Shown piece after piece: positions 38,807 through 48,861 of a stretch of DNA of 64,000 nucleotides (position 1 is its first letter; every line of letters starts with the position of its first letter). The translations under genes and the position numbers were made by a program. Below the pieces are notes generated by a model, which was given only the letters and a program-made list of their open reading frames with translations, ran no database searches and was not told where the DNA came from. This DNA comes from Halobacteriales archaeon (GTDB lineage Archaea > Halobacteriota > Halobacteria > Halobacteriales > SKSH01), in NCBI GenBank assembly GCA_007118145.1, contig SKSD01000015.1, positions 11,268-75,267 on the forward strand, written 5' to 3'.

Positions 38807-38888
38807 ACGTATCGACCTTTGGCCGGGGCTAAAAAACGGTTATCGGTCGACAGTCGGTTTTACGGTTGGGGGGCTCGGAGGTGCGGAT

Positions 38889-39089
38889 ATGCTTTGGAGT
38901 CGTGTACTCGGACTTCTCGGGGCTTTACTCATCGCGATCATCATGCTTGGGTCGGTGAGTCAACTCGGTATCAGTCTCCTCGAGCACGGTGGCGTGTTGC
39001 CCTCGCTGTTCATCGTTGCAGCGTTCGTGCTTATCGTGGGTCGTGTCGGGATGCGAAATCGTGAGTGGCTCGCGAACACCTACTGGTGA
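38889..39089 (+). CDS. small two-TM membrane protein, hypothetical
   Basis: 66 aa, starting at the ATG at 38889. The track ORF starts inside tRNA-Ser. Two hydrophobic helices. Confidence 0.4.
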   Translation: MLWSRVLGLLGALLIAIIMLGSVSQLGISLLEHGGVLPSLFIVAAFVLIVGRVGMRNREWLANTYW

Positions 39090-39712
39090 GGGCTCGGGAG
39101 CGCACCTCGGAGCTTGCCATGGCCAGTTGCATCGAGGTGTGAATAGAGGGCATGTAACAATGGATCGATACGGCCTTCCTTTGCGGTGACTGGTGCGATA
39201 TGATCTCGCCACTGTTGCCACGGTGGTGGGTAACCGAACCGGTCGGCGATCGAGTCGAGTGTCTCGTCACGGTCGTCGACCTTGTCCATCTTGTTCACCG
39301 CGATGACGGGTTCGATATCCAAATCGACCAGTAATTCAAACAGCTCGAGTACGTATGGCGGATCACCGCTATTCAGATGTCGGTCGATAATTTCGACCGC
39401 CGCCGAACCATCGAGGACCAACACACCGACGAGAATCGCATCTGCATAGGTCTCAAGGTATCGGACGATTGCTGTCTTGATGCGCTCGCGGGTCTCTCCA
39501 GGTACGCCAGCCATGAACCCGAAGCCAGGGAGGTCAGTGAGCATGAAATCGATCTCTGCCCAGTCGTGGTAGGTCGGACTTGTCGTCACGCCTGGTCGAC
39601 GACCGGTCGGGACAGACCGCCCGGTAAGTTGACGCATGAGCGTCGACTTGCCAACGTTCGAACGCCCGAGTAACACCACCTCCGCCGAACGCCGTGGTCG
39701 GTCTTCGAACAC
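39080..39712 (-). CDS. engB: GTP-binding protein EngB
   Basis: G1 GRSNVGKST, G3 DLPGFG and G4 NKMDK. GTG start. Confidence 0.85.
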   Translation of the reverse strand: MFEDRPRRSAEVVLLGRSNVGKSTLMRQLTGRSVPTGRRPGVTTSPTYHDWAEIDFMLTDLPGFGFMAGVPGETRERIKTAIVRYLETYADAILVGVLVLDGSAAVEIIDRHLNSGDPPYVLELFELLVDLDIEPVIAVNKMDKVDDRDETLDSIADRFGYPPPWQQWRDHIAPVTAKEGRIDPLLHALYSHLDATGHGKLRGALPSPHQ

Positions 39713-39787
39713 GACGGCTGGTTATCCTGCAACGGGTATAATCCCAACGGGGGAGGATTTTAGCCACTCGCATCTGATGGTTGAGGT

Positions 39788-41080
39788 GTGCGACTCGTTC
39801 AAATCGCTGTGCCCACTGGTTACCTCGAGGCGATCAAGAAGGTGCTCAGTGACAACGATATCCAGTATGTCCTCTCTGAGGAGACGAGTGGCCGCGATAT
39901 CGCCGCCGTCGTCTCCTTCCCGCTCCCCGCAGGAACGGTCGAACCGATCCTCAACGAACTCAAGGAGGCTGGGATAGACCAGGAGGATTACACCGTTGTT
40001 CTGGAGGCGTCTACGGTCATCTCACGGCCATTCGAGGTACTCAAAGAGCAGTGGGAGGAGGCTGAGGCAGACTCGCGCATCAGTCGGGCTGAACTGAAAA
40101 CACGTGCGAACGACCTGTTACCGACCCGGCTCACCTTCTTTACCATGACAGCGGTGAGCGCGATCGTGGCGACTGCAGGCGTGCTCATGGATTCCGCCGC
40201 AGTCGTGGTGGGTTCCATGGTGATCGCACCGTTGGTCGGGCCAGCACTCTCAGCGAGTGTTGGTACGGTGATTGATGATCACGACCTCAGACGCACCGGT
40301 ATTCGCTGGCAGCTACTCGGTGTGATACTCGCCGTGGTGAGTGCGACTGTGTTCGCTCTCATCCTACGGTATGCGAACCTCGTCCCACCAGGTATCGCCA
40401 TCACGGATATCAGTCAGGTTGATGAGCGCTTGACACCCGATTTCCTCGCCCTCGCGATTGCCATCGGTGCTGGGGTCGCTGGTGCGTTGAGCCTCTCGAC
40501 GGGTGTGTCTGCCGCACTCGTGGGGGTCATGATCGCGGTGGCACTCATTCCACCCGCAGCGGTCATCGGCATCGGTATCGCCTGGGGGATGCCGATGGTC
40601 GTCCTCGGTTCGTCAATCTTGTTGATCCTCAACATGCTGGCGATCAATCTAGCTGCCCTCGGTGTCTTTTGGAACCTCGGATACCGTCCGAGTAGTTGGT
40701 TCCGGGTCGACGTGGTTAAATCGCAACTGATCAAACGCGTTGCGTTCCTGGTGATAGTCATCCTCGGAATCTCGGTCTTCCTCGGTGTGGTTACCTTCGC
40801 GTCATACCAGGCATCAGTCCAGGAGGATGCCATCGAGGGTGCAGTGCACGCCGCCCTGGATGACCCAGCCTATGAGGAGATGAGCGTGATCGATATCGCG
40901 ATCATCAGGACGGATCAACCGATACTGGCACAGCCCGCCCGTGTGATCGTGACGATTGGCTATCCGAGGGGAACCGAATCTGTCGGTGTGGCAGATGAGA
41001 TAGCGACAGCCATCGAGGAACAGCTTGATCGCTCGATCGAGGTCGATGTCAGACACGTCGAGCGAGAGCGAAGCGGTTAG
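39788..41080 (+). CDS. DUF389 (TIGR00341) family membrane protein
   Basis: A soluble N-terminal ~90 aa, then a repeated polytopic region with GVMIAVALIPP-type helices. 430 aa, GTG start. Confidence 0.7.
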   Translation: MRLVQIAVPTGYLEAIKKVLSDNDIQYVLSEETSGRDIAAVVSFPLPAGTVEPILNELKEAGIDQEDYTVVLEASTVISRPFEVLKEQWEEAEADSRISRAELKTRANDLLPTRLTFFTMTAVSAIVATAGVLMDSAAVVVGSMVIAPLVGPALSASVGTVIDDHDLRRTGIRWQLLGVILAVVSATVFALILRYANLVPPGIAITDISQVDERLTPDFLALAIAIGAGVAGALSLSTGVSAALVGVMIAVALIPPAAVIGIGIAWGMPMVVLGSSILLILNMLAINLAALGVFWNLGYRPSSWFRVDVVKSQLIKRVAFLVIVILGISVFLGVVTFASYQASVQEDAIEGAVHAALDDPAYEEMSVIDIAIIRTDQPILAQPARVIVTIGYPRGTESVGVADEIATAIEEQLDRSIEVDVRHVERERSG

Positions 41081-42045
41081 TCCCGTTCGAACGGGAGTGT
41101 CGTCTCGACACCGATAGCATCGATTGCAGATGAGAGGACTGCCTCGATGCCGTCGTCTTCGGTGACACTCAGATAGAAGTCTGCATCGATGTCAGTCGAG
41201 ATATCACTTTTTGAGCAGACGGATATCACGGGGATGCCACGTCGGCTGAATGTATCCTGCAGGCCGTCGCGGAGCGCAAGTTGATCCTCAATGGGATAGC
41301 CACAGGTCTCACTCGCGTCGATGAACACCAGCACCACATCAGCGAGGTGCTCGAGCGCTGCGATAGCCTGGCGTTCGATATCGTTTCGCTCGTCGAGTGG
41401 TCTGTCGAGCAAGCCAGGGGTATCGATTAGTTGATATGTGATATGCCGCTCGGTCACGTGGCCGATGTCGATCTGCGTCGTGGTGAACGGGTAGGAGGCG
41501 GTCTTGACACTCGCACGTGTGACCGCGTTCAAGAAGGTCGATTTTCCGACGTTGGGGAAACCGGCGATGACGATGGTCGGCTGCTCAGGGTCGATACCTG
41601 GCAACCGACCCAACGACCGTCGTGCAGTCTCGATGCGGGTCAGGGAGTCGGCCACCTCATCGAGCACATCAGCCATCCGTGCGAAGGCCTGTTTTCGCTG
41701 GCGTTTGGCCAGCTCCGCATCCCCTCGGATGCGCTGGCGATGTTCACGCCCGATCGATCTGACCTGTGATGCGGCCCAATTGACCGAGGAGAGGTCTTTC
41801 CGTAACGTCCCGACATCAACGACCGCCTCGGCGAGATGGCGATGGAATGGATGGATCGCATCCAAATCTGGCCATGAGCGAGAGACATGTTCGAGATTAT
41901 CCGCGAGGATGTTCGTCGCCGTGTTGAGCATCGACTGTTGGGCATCGATACCCGTCTTGGCTCCTCCAGCTCTTGCCGCCCTCGAAAACGCACGGTCGAC
42001 CAGCGCATCGGCCGCCGGTGTCGAGGGGATGTCCTCAAACGGCAT
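41077..42045 (-). CDS. NOG1-family GTPase
   Basis: IVIAGFPNVGKSTFLN (G1), DTPGLLDR (G3) and CSKSD (G4), with a helical NOG1-type N-terminal domain. Confidence 0.85.
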   Translation of the reverse strand: MPFEDIPSTPAADALVDRAFSRAARAGGAKTGIDAQQSMLNTATNILADNLEHVSRSWPDLDAIHPFHRHLAEAVVDVGTLRKDLSSVNWAASQVRSIGREHRQRIRGDAELAKRQRKQAFARMADVLDEVADSLTRIETARRSLGRLPGIDPEQPTIVIAGFPNVGKSTFLNAVTRASVKTASYPFTTTQIDIGHVTERHITYQLIDTPGLLDRPLDERNDIERQAIAALEHLADVVLVFIDASETCGYPIEDQLALRDGLQDTFSRRGIPVISVCSKSDISTDIDADFYLSVTEDDGIEAVLSSAIDAIGVETTLPFERD

Positions 42046-42090
42046 CGCTCGCGTGACAGGAGGTGATGCAGCCCTTTAGGCACGTCGACA

Positions 42091-42540
42091 TCACCGGTAC
42101 TCGACCGCATCACGCAGCCTGGTGAGTGAGGCGAATTCCTCACTATCACGCCTACCACGCTCGAACACCGTGTCGTCCACCTGGATCGGGGCGTTCGTCC
42201 GGGCGGCCAGTGCCAATGAATCACTCGGCCTGGCATCAATCGTCACCGATCCCCTCGGGGTATCGATCATAATATCGGCCAGATATGTGTCATCCTTGAT
42301 ACCGGAGATCGCGATTCCTGACACCCGACAGCCGAGTTCCTCGATGATATCTAACAATAGATCGTGGGTGAGTGGTCGGCCGATATCTGTCGCCTCGATA
42401 CCGCGAGAGATAGCGTCAGCCTCGGTGAACCCGATGAAGATAGGCAACACGTCTGGCTCCTCCTCTACGCCGATCACCACCACCGGAACTGCCCCCTCCG
42501 GTGTCTGCGCCAACCTGACAGCGTCAATGTGTGCCTTCAT
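42091..42540 (-). CDS. bifunctional nuclease (DUF151) family protein
   Basis: VPVVVIGVEEEPDVLPIFIG..EA..I and RPLTHDLL patterns. 149 aa. Confidence 0.75.
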   Translation of the reverse strand: MKAHIDAVRLAQTPEGAVPVVVIGVEEEPDVLPIFIGFTEADAISRGIEATDIGRPLTHDLLLDIIEELGCRVSGIAISGIKDDTYLADIMIDTPRGSVTIDARPSDSLALAARTNAPIQVDDTVFERGRRDSEEFASLTRLRDAVEYR

Positions 42541-42577
42541 AGCAATCCGTCGCCCTGAAGCGTGAAAAACCCATGTT

Positions 42578-43174
42578 CTAAGATCGGATCTCTAAAGTGT
42601 CGAATAACGCGAGTCGGTGGATGCGAGCATTCCCAGTGAGCTCGGGGTGGAAGGAGGTGGCGAGGATCGACCCATCGCGGACGGCGACCGGTCTCCCCTC
42701 GACCGTTGCCAGTACCTCAGTCTCACCTGGGTCATCGATGACCGGTGCTCGGATGAACACAGCCGGGAACGGTTCGTCGAGTCCGGACACCTCGATGGCA
42801 GCCTCGAAGCTCTCTCGCTGACGGCCGAAGGCATTGCGTTCGATGGTGACATCGAGCAGGTCAAGTGAGCGAACACGGTCGTCCTGGGGATCGTTCGCAA
42901 TGACGATCAACCCGGCACATGTCGCCAGCAGTGGCTTGCCCTGTGCAACGTGAGATCGCAACTCGGTGGCGAGACCATAATCGTGGATCAGCCTGCTGAT
43001 CGTGGTCGACTCCCCTCCTGGGAGGGCGACGATATCGCACGAGGGGAGGTGACCAGATTGCCGGACCGCAACGACATCGATATCGACGTTGACCGTATCA
43101 GCGGCACGTTCAATGGCGAGCACATGCTCTGCGACGTCGCCCTGCACCCCGATGACACCTGCGGTCAGACCCAT
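42578..43174 (-). CDS. pdxT: pyridoxal 5'-phosphate synthase glutaminase subunit
   Basis: GVIGVQGDV, LPGGESTT, ATCAGLI (catalytic Cys) and SFHPELT. Confidence 0.9.
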   Translation of the reverse strand: MGLTAGVIGVQGDVAEHVLAIERAADTVNVDIDVVAVRQSGHLPSCDIVALPGGESTTISRLIHDYGLATELRSHVAQGKPLLATCAGLIVIANDPQDDRVRSLDLLDVTIERNAFGRQRESFEAAIEVSGLDEPFPAVFIRAPVIDDPGETEVLATVEGRPVAVRDGSILATSFHPELTGNARIHRLALFDTLEIRS

Positions 43175-43222
43175 CGTACACTAGCGGGTGAGGGAGAAGG
43201 AAAAAGCGTCCGATTCAGTTGG

Positions 43223-43387
43223 CTACGTGACGATCGAGAGCAACTGGATAAAGACACCGAGGATGACACCGAACGCGACCACGGTTCTCGGGTCCATCTG
43301 TGGTGCCTTCGAATCCTCGGCATCGAAATACCGAACCAATCCCGCACTGGACATCAGCCCACCGGTGTTCTGACCTCGTGAACTCAT
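43223..43387 (-). CDS. secG: preprotein translocase Sec61-beta subunit
   Basis: MSSRGQNTGGLMSSAGLVRYFD..DP followed by a single TM helix. An alternative upstream ATG lies at 43405. Confidence 0.8.
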   Translation of the reverse strand: MSSRGQNTGGLMSSAGLVRYFDAEDSKAPQMDPRTVVAFGVILGVFIQLLSIVT

Positions 43388-43542
43388 TGCGCGTATCTCG
43401 GACATAGCGTGCTGTAAACCTTTCGGGGACGTACCAGCTCAGTGCCTGCGGTCTCGCTACCAGGAGGGGTTGTCTGGTCGACATCAGACTGGGTGGTTAT
43501 CACCACCTTCGTAATTCTTAACCCACTTGCGACGGAACTGAA

Positions 43543-43830
43543 ATGCGCCATATGAGCATCATCGTGAAGGACTTCTATGCCGACTGGTGTGGACCGTGCA
43601 AGACGCAAGATGCGATCCTGGAAGAGATCGAAGCTGACTGGGAGGGTGAGTTTGAGATCGAGAAGGTCGATGTCGACAGGCATACCGATCTGGCGAACGA
43701 GTATCAGGTTCGGTCTCTGCCCACACTGGTGGTCGAAAACGAGGATGGTATCGTCGACCGGTTTATCGGTGTCACCCAACGTGAGGCAATCGAGGATGCC
43801 CTCAGGGAAGCCGGTGCCGCTATCGCCTGA
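43543..43830 (+). CDS. trxA: thioredoxin
   Basis: FYADWCGPCK active site and VRSLPTLVV. 95 aa. Confidence 0.9.
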   Translation: MRHMSIIVKDFYADWCGPCKTQDAILEEIEADWEGEFEIEKVDVDRHTDLANEYQVRSLPTLVVENEDGIVDRFIGVTQREAIEDALREAGAAIA

Positions 43831-43832
43831 GC

Positions 43833-44528
43833 TCAGGAATCGTAGGCGGGGCGATCTGGGGAGACGACCCTGATACCCGCCTCATGAAGCGACTCATTAT
43901 ACCGACCGAGGTTGATCAATAGAGCCGTGAGCGATTCGACCTCGGGTGCGTTTGCAATGGGGCCGCCATTGAGTGCTGTGAGGCCTTCGATCTCGTTGGC
44001 TAACCCGAGGATGGTCGTGCGCGCGTCGGTGTCGTCGCCAATGACGATCGTATCCATATCGAGAGGGTCATCAAGATCGGCGAGTCGCTGAGCCGGAACC
44101 GAGTGAAACGCACCGACGACAGACACCGATTCAGAAGCCGCATCAGCTGCTAGGCGCGTCACGCTCCCGACCGATGGTCTGTGATAATGTACACCGTCAT
44201 CATCCCGTTTGATCCCAACCGCAGGAGTGACGATGATGGCATCCTCGGGGATGGACTCGCCAAGTTGTTCGATCGCGTCGGCGACGCTGTACGGCGGGAC
44301 GGATGCCACGACCACATCCGCACCGCGAACGGCTGCCTCGTTCCCATCACCCGTAATGGTAGGATCGTACCCTCGTGCCTGTAACTGTCCCGCGTAGCGT
44401 GTCGCAGCCGTCACGGCACGATCTGCCTCCCTCGATCCAATGACGATCTCGTGATCCGTATCCCGACCCCATCGAAGAGCTAACCCTTCACCGATATCGC
44501 CAGTCCCTCCAAGGATGCTGATTCGCAT
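43833..44528 (-). CDS. npdG: NADPH-dependent F420 reductase
   Basis: MRISILGGTGDIGEGLALRW Rossmann N-terminus and IVIGSR. 231 aa. Confidence 0.75.
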   Translation of the reverse strand: MRISILGGTGDIGEGLALRWGRDTDHEIVIGSREADRAVTAATRYAGQLQARGYDPTITGDGNEAAVRGADVVVASVPPYSVADAIEQLGESIPEDAIIVTPAVGIKRDDDGVHYHRPSVGSVTRLAADAASESVSVVGAFHSVPAQRLADLDDPLDMDTIVIGDDTDARTTILGLANEIEGLTALNGGPIANAPEVESLTALLINLGRYNESLHEAGIRVVSPDRPAYDS

Positions 44529-44552
44529 AGGACATGGGGCGTCTGCTATCCA

Positions 44553-44960
44553 CTAAATCCTGTTTGATTCACCGCGCACGACCGAATACACGGTCGTAGC
44601 ACCAGCGCTGGCGATATCGACGTTGATGGCTGGAAATTCCCCGCCGAGTGTCGTGAAGTGTAAATCGGCATCAAGCGCTTGAGCCAACTGTGCAGTGACT
44701 CGGTGTAACTCAGGTGGTAGCCTGCGAGCATACACCGCATCTGCTGGTTCGAGACGTGTGTGAGCGACGCTCGATACATCTGCAGTGAAAAAACGGACCG
44801 AAGGCGGCACCGCACACTCGACGACATCGATAGCCGAAACGTCCTTGCCAGCGCGAGCCAGTCGCTCGGCTAGCCCCGTTCGTTGTCCAATCCCTACCTC
44901 GACGAGGTGGTCGTATTCGAGAAGTATGTCTTCGAAAGGGGTTCGATCAGACGAGTGCAC
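44553..44960 (-). CDS. UPF0146-like protein (small Rossmann/MTase-like fold)
   Basis: LVEVGIGQRTGLAERLARAGKDVSAIDV is a glycine-loop pattern. 135 aa, GTG start. Confidence 0.55.
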   Translation of the reverse strand: MHSSDRTPFEDILLEYDHLVEVGIGQRTGLAERLARAGKDVSAIDVVECAVPPSVRFFTADVSSVAHTRLEPADAVYARRLPPELHRVTAQLAQALDADLHFTTLGGEFPAINVDIASAGATTVYSVVRGESNRI

Positions 44961-44999
44961 GTCGGGATGTTTATGAGCCGACCTTGCTTACGCCTTCTC

Positions 45000-45521
45000 A
45001 TGCACGTCGACATCGTGCCGGTTGGTGACGTACCGGCACGGGTCAAACGCGAGGCTTCGAGCGGGCTGCGCACGGTTTTCGACTGTGAGGTGACCATCTC
45101 TGACCAGCAGCCACTCCCAGAGACTGCGTACGACCCTGGACGAGATCAGTATCGCGCCGAGGCGTTCATCGAGCTGGCAAGCCGGGAGGGAACTGGAGAT
45201 AAGAATCTCGCCGTGACGACGAAGGATCTGTATTACCGTCGCCGAAATTACGTCTTCGGACTGGCATACCTTGATGGAGCTGGCAGTGTGGTGTCGACAG
45301 CGAGATTGCAGACCTCAAGCGACGGTGGTTTTTCTGAACTCGACCCCCAGGAGGTCTTCGCAGACCGTGTCAGGAAGGAGATCGTCCACGAGGTGGGGCA
45401 TACCCTCGGCCTCGAACATTGCGATAACAGCCGATGCGTTATGAGCTTCTCCCCGACCGTACACGATGTCGATCGGAAGGAGATGACGCTGTGTGGCACC
45501 TGTCAGCGAACTCTTGGTTGA
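45000..45521 (+). CDS. amzA: archaemetzincin
   Basis: HEVGHTLGLEHC zinc site, then CVMSF and CGTC. The start is taken at MHVDIVPVG. Confidence 0.85.
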   Translation: MHVDIVPVGDVPARVKREASSGLRTVFDCEVTISDQQPLPETAYDPGRDQYRAEAFIELASREGTGDKNLAVTTKDLYYRRRNYVFGLAYLDGAGSVVSTARLQTSSDGGFSELDPQEVFADRVRKEIVHEVGHTLGLEHCDNSRCVMSFSPTVHDVDRKEMTLCGTCQRTLG

Positions 45522-45542
45522 TACGTTCATCGCCAGACTCTC

Positions 45543-45725
45543 ATGCCGACTCAGGACACACGATGGAGTTATGACCCTGTTATCGCCGGATTCGTCCTCA
45601 TCGCACTGACGGCAAGTGCGACCTTCATCATCGCTACGATCATCGAATCTATTACGCTCATGGCCGTGATGACACTGGTCGTTGCGACCGCTATCTTTCT
45701 TGGATGGGCGTTCATGGCCAGCTGA
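45543..45725 (+). CDS. small two-TM membrane protein, hypothetical
   Basis: 60 aa, two hydrophobic helices, 21 nt after amzA. Confidence 0.4.
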   Translation: MPTQDTRWSYDPVIAGFVLIALTASATFIIATIIESITLMAVMTLVVATAIFLGWAFMAS

Positions 45726-45794
45726 GGAATGACGATGATCCGACACCGGGGTGTGCCACAGTTGCTAAGATTGTGAGCGTTCGTTCGGTCGGTG

Positions 45795-47633
45795 TCAATC
45801 CTCGATCACGTAGTAATACTCACCGAGACGCTTTTGCTCACGATCGAGCTGACTCCCCGGCTTGTTAATCCTGGGTCTGCCTGTACGCTCGTCACGTCGG
45901 AAGGTGACCTCGAGTTCGGCCAGGAATGCGTTCATCCCATCACGCATCGAGCGCGGTGCATCGACGTGACCGTCGACGGCAGGCTCGCCCTCGAACACCA
46001 ACAGTCGGTCGGCCAATAGATCGATCATATAGATATCGTGGTCGATGACCATCACAGTTGTCTCGACACGGTCGGCGAATCGCCGGATTGCCGTGGTGGC
46101 ACCGACACGCTGCTCGACGTCGAGATGGGCGCTGGGTTCGTCAAGGAGATACAGGTCAGCAGACTCGCTCAGACACGCCGCGATAGCCACCCGCTGGCGC
46201 TCACCACCTGAGAGATCGGTGAGGAGGCGTTCATAGAGGCGCGGGAGTTGCAATGGTCGGGCGAGCTCGGTCTCCCAGTGTGAGGCGCCAAACTCGTCTG
46301 TGACCATCGACAGGTATGTCTCCACCGTGAGTGGCTGTTCTGTCTCAACGTACTGTGGCTTGTACGAGACGGTAAGGTCGAGGTCAACCTCACCGCCGGT
46401 CGGTTCGAGCTCGCCTGCCAAGATGCGAGCGAAGGTCGTCTTCCCGATACCGTTAGGGCCGACGATTCCGAGTACCTCGTTACGATAGATATCACCCGCT
46501 TCGATCTTGAGTTCGAACCCATCGTCACCGAAGCGATGCTTCGCTTCGGGATATGAGACCAGTGGTTCGTCGAGGATTGCATCCCGAGGAGCGTGTGTGT
46601 CGAATGTGATCGATGACTCGCGGATTCGGACGTTCTCGTTCTCGAGGTATCCGCTGAGATACTCGTTGATGCCCGCTTTGGTCGACCGCGGAACCGTGAT
46701 CACGCCGAACGCACCCGGTTCACCGTAGCCGAGATGGGTGACGTCCGTGAGAAGGTCAAGGATGGCGAGGTCGTGCTCGACGACGAGCATCGACCGTCCC
46801 TCCTCTGCGGTGAGTTCGCGGATGACACGGGCGACGGTCATCCGCTGGCCGATATCGAGGTAGGGCGTGATCTCGTCCAGGAAGTAGACATCAGCGTCAC
46901 GAGCGAGACATGCCGCGATGGCAACACGCTGTAATTCACCACCAGAAATGGAGTCGATAGGGTTGTCGATGATCTGTCCGATGCCGAGGCGGTCGATGAG
47001 TTCATCGAGGCGTCCGCGTTCATCGGTCGTCTCGAGCAACTCGGCCGTGACACCGTCGAACTGGTCGGGGATCGCATCGATATACTGTGGCTTTCGTGCC
47101 ACGGTGACGTCACCGTCGATGACCGACTCGAGGTAATCCTGGAGTTCGCTGCCGCGGTATGTCTCGAGCACACGTTCCCAGCTGGGTTCCTCATCGAACG
47201 CACCGCGATTCGGTACCAGTTCACCTGCCAGGACATGTACAGCTGTGGTCTTGCCGATACCGTTCGGACCGAGCAGGCCGGTGACTCGACCGTCCCTAGG
47301 GATCGGCAGTCCGTACAGTGCGAAGGTGTTCTCACCGTAGCGATGCACGGGAGCCTCATCCAACTCCTGTGGGAGGTTGATGATCTGGATGGCGTCGAAC
47401 GGGCAGACCTCCACGCAGATACCACAGGTCTCTCCGAGGCAGATATCCTCTGAGATGGAGACCTGTTCAGGCCGTCCATCGTATGAGTCATCATCGTCTC
47501 CATGGCGGTCCTCTCTGGTGACGATGCACTCCTTGCCCGTCCGGTTAGGTGGGCAGTAGTTGATACACTCGTAGTTGCATCGATCGGGTTGACACCGTTC
47601 CAGGTCGACCACCGCTATACTATCGTCAGCCAT
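45795..47633 (-). CDS. abcE1: ABCE1 / RNase L inhibitor ribosome-recycling ATPase
   Basis: N-terminal 4Fe-4S cysteines (CQPDRCNYECINYCP, CLGETCGICVEVCP) plus two ABC cassettes (GPNGIGKT twice, LSGGE/ISGGELQR). Confidence 0.95.
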   Translation of the reverse strand: MADDSIAVVDLERCQPDRCNYECINYCPPNRTGKECIVTREDRHGDDDDSYDGRPEQVSISEDICLGETCGICVEVCPFDAIQIINLPQELDEAPVHRYGENTFALYGLPIPRDGRVTGLLGPNGIGKTTAVHVLAGELVPNRGAFDEEPSWERVLETYRGSELQDYLESVIDGDVTVARKPQYIDAIPDQFDGVTAELLETTDERGRLDELIDRLGIGQIIDNPIDSISGGELQRVAIAACLARDADVYFLDEITPYLDIGQRMTVARVIRELTAEEGRSMLVVEHDLAILDLLTDVTHLGYGEPGAFGVITVPRSTKAGINEYLSGYLENENVRIRESSITFDTHAPRDAILDEPLVSYPEAKHRFGDDGFELKIEAGDIYRNEVLGIVGPNGIGKTTFARILAGELEPTGGEVDLDLTVSYKPQYVETEQPLTVETYLSMVTDEFGASHWETELARPLQLPRLYERLLTDLSGGERQRVAIAACLSESADLYLLDEPSAHLDVEQRVGATTAIRRFADRVETTVMVIDHDIYMIDLLADRLLVFEGEPAVDGHVDAPRSMRDGMNAFLAELEVTFRRDERTGRPRINKPGSQLDREQKRLGEYYYVIED

Positions 47634-47639
47634 GGGAAT

Positions 47640-47966
47640 TCACAGGAACTCGATACCGGTGGTGAGGATGATTCCGTACGTGACGAACCAGAAGGCGAAC
47701 GTCATGAACCCGATGAAGAGGATGTCCTTACCCCCGCCGAAGTCCTCGTACCCGACCACGCGGTAGAGTGGGATCTGCACGAGGATGGCGAGCAATAATA
47801 GCGCCAGTGCGGACATATCTCTCGCCGCCTCACCTGCAGACAGTCCAGCATCAGCGGTGACTACCGATGCCATCACCGCGGCGAGAATCCCTGCCATCGA
47901 TGCCGTCGCCGTGATGGAGATCGAACGGATATGCGAGGCGCGGGCATCTGACTCGTCGCTCGACAT
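47640..47966 (-). CDS. small membrane protein co-transcribed with ABCE1
   Basis: 108 aa with 2-3 TM helices. Its stop lies 6 nt before the ABCE1 ATG. It may belong to the family annotated EMC6-like in some archaeal genomes; I cannot verify that here. Confidence 0.6.
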   Translation of the reverse strand: MSSDESDARASHIRSISITATASMAGILAAVMASVVTADAGLSAGEAARDMSALALLLLAILVQIPLYRVVGYEDFGGGKDILFIGFMTFAFWFVTYGIILTTGIEFL

Positions 47967-48056
47967 GGCTGTTAGTCACCCGTGGGTCATCAAAAGCGGT
48001 TCGTTCGACCCCCACGACCGTAGACTTATACCCTTGGAGTGTTTCGATTCGTAACA

Positions 48057-48332
48057 ATGTCAGTGCAGGAACCGCTGACCGATTTGCCACCAAGTGCGAA
48101 GCTGGTCTACAAGGTGCTCGAGTACGACGGACCGTTGACGCAGAAACAGATTGTCGAGGAATCGATGCTCTCACCCCGGACGGTCCGTTACGCGATCGAA
48201 CGACTCGACGATATCGGCGTCGTCTCAGAGCGTGTCTACTTCGCAGATGCTCGACAGAGCCTCTATGAGATCGATGAAGACGCGATGGCAGAGGCAACTG
48301 TGCAACCGGACACCTGTACCTGCGCTGAGTAA
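48057..48332 (+). CDS. MarR/TrmB-like winged-helix protein
   Basis: SAKLVYKVLEYDGPLTQKQIVEESMLSPRTVRYAIERLDDIGVV. ATG at 48057. Confidence 0.7.
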   Translation: MSVQEPLTDLPPSAKLVYKVLEYDGPLTQKQIVEESMLSPRTVRYAIERLDDIGVVSERVYFADARQSLYEIDEDAMAEATVQPDTCTCAE

Positions 48333-48416
48333 TCCCAGCCGTCTCATCTGATTCGCGGTGCGTACAATGCACGACATACCGTTAATCTCAGGTAATCACT
48401 GACCGAGTGGGCCGAT

Positions 48417-48851
48417 ATGAGCCCACCAGTCAGATATATCATGGGTACAGCAGGTCTCGTGGGGACGCTTGTCTTCGGTCTCATCTTTGTCCTGTTTCAT
48501 GACACCGAACCGTTCGGACTGGTACCTCCCGTGGTCGAGGCAGTCTTGCTGTCACTCGTGATCGTTCCGCTGTTGTACCTGTCTATCGCCATGCGCACTC
48601 GATTCGACCAGGAGGGTTACGTCCGAACGAGGGGTCGGGTTGGAATCCTGAGCGACATCTCGAGGATGCTCCTGGCATGTGCCATGCTCGGTATCGCAAT
48701 CGGGTTGCTCAGCGCCTTCCTCTTTGAGAGCACAAACCTAAGGATCGTCTTGATCGGTATCATCGAGTACTTCACCGCCTTCTGGGTCTTTTCACTCGCT
48801 AACGCAGCGCACTACGACGACCAACATATCAGGAAGGCGTTTGGCAGGTGA
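48417..48851 (+). CDS. four-TM membrane protein, hypothetical
   Basis: 144 aa, four hydrophobic segments. Confidence 0.5.
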   Translation: MSPPVRYIMGTAGLVGTLVFGLIFVLFHDTEPFGLVPPVVEAVLLSLVIVPLLYLSIAMRTRFDQEGYVRTRGRVGILSDISRMLLACAMLGIAIGLLSAFLFESTNLRIVLIGIIEYFTAFWVFSLANAAHYDDQHIRKAFGR

Positions 48852-48861
48852 CACCAGACGG

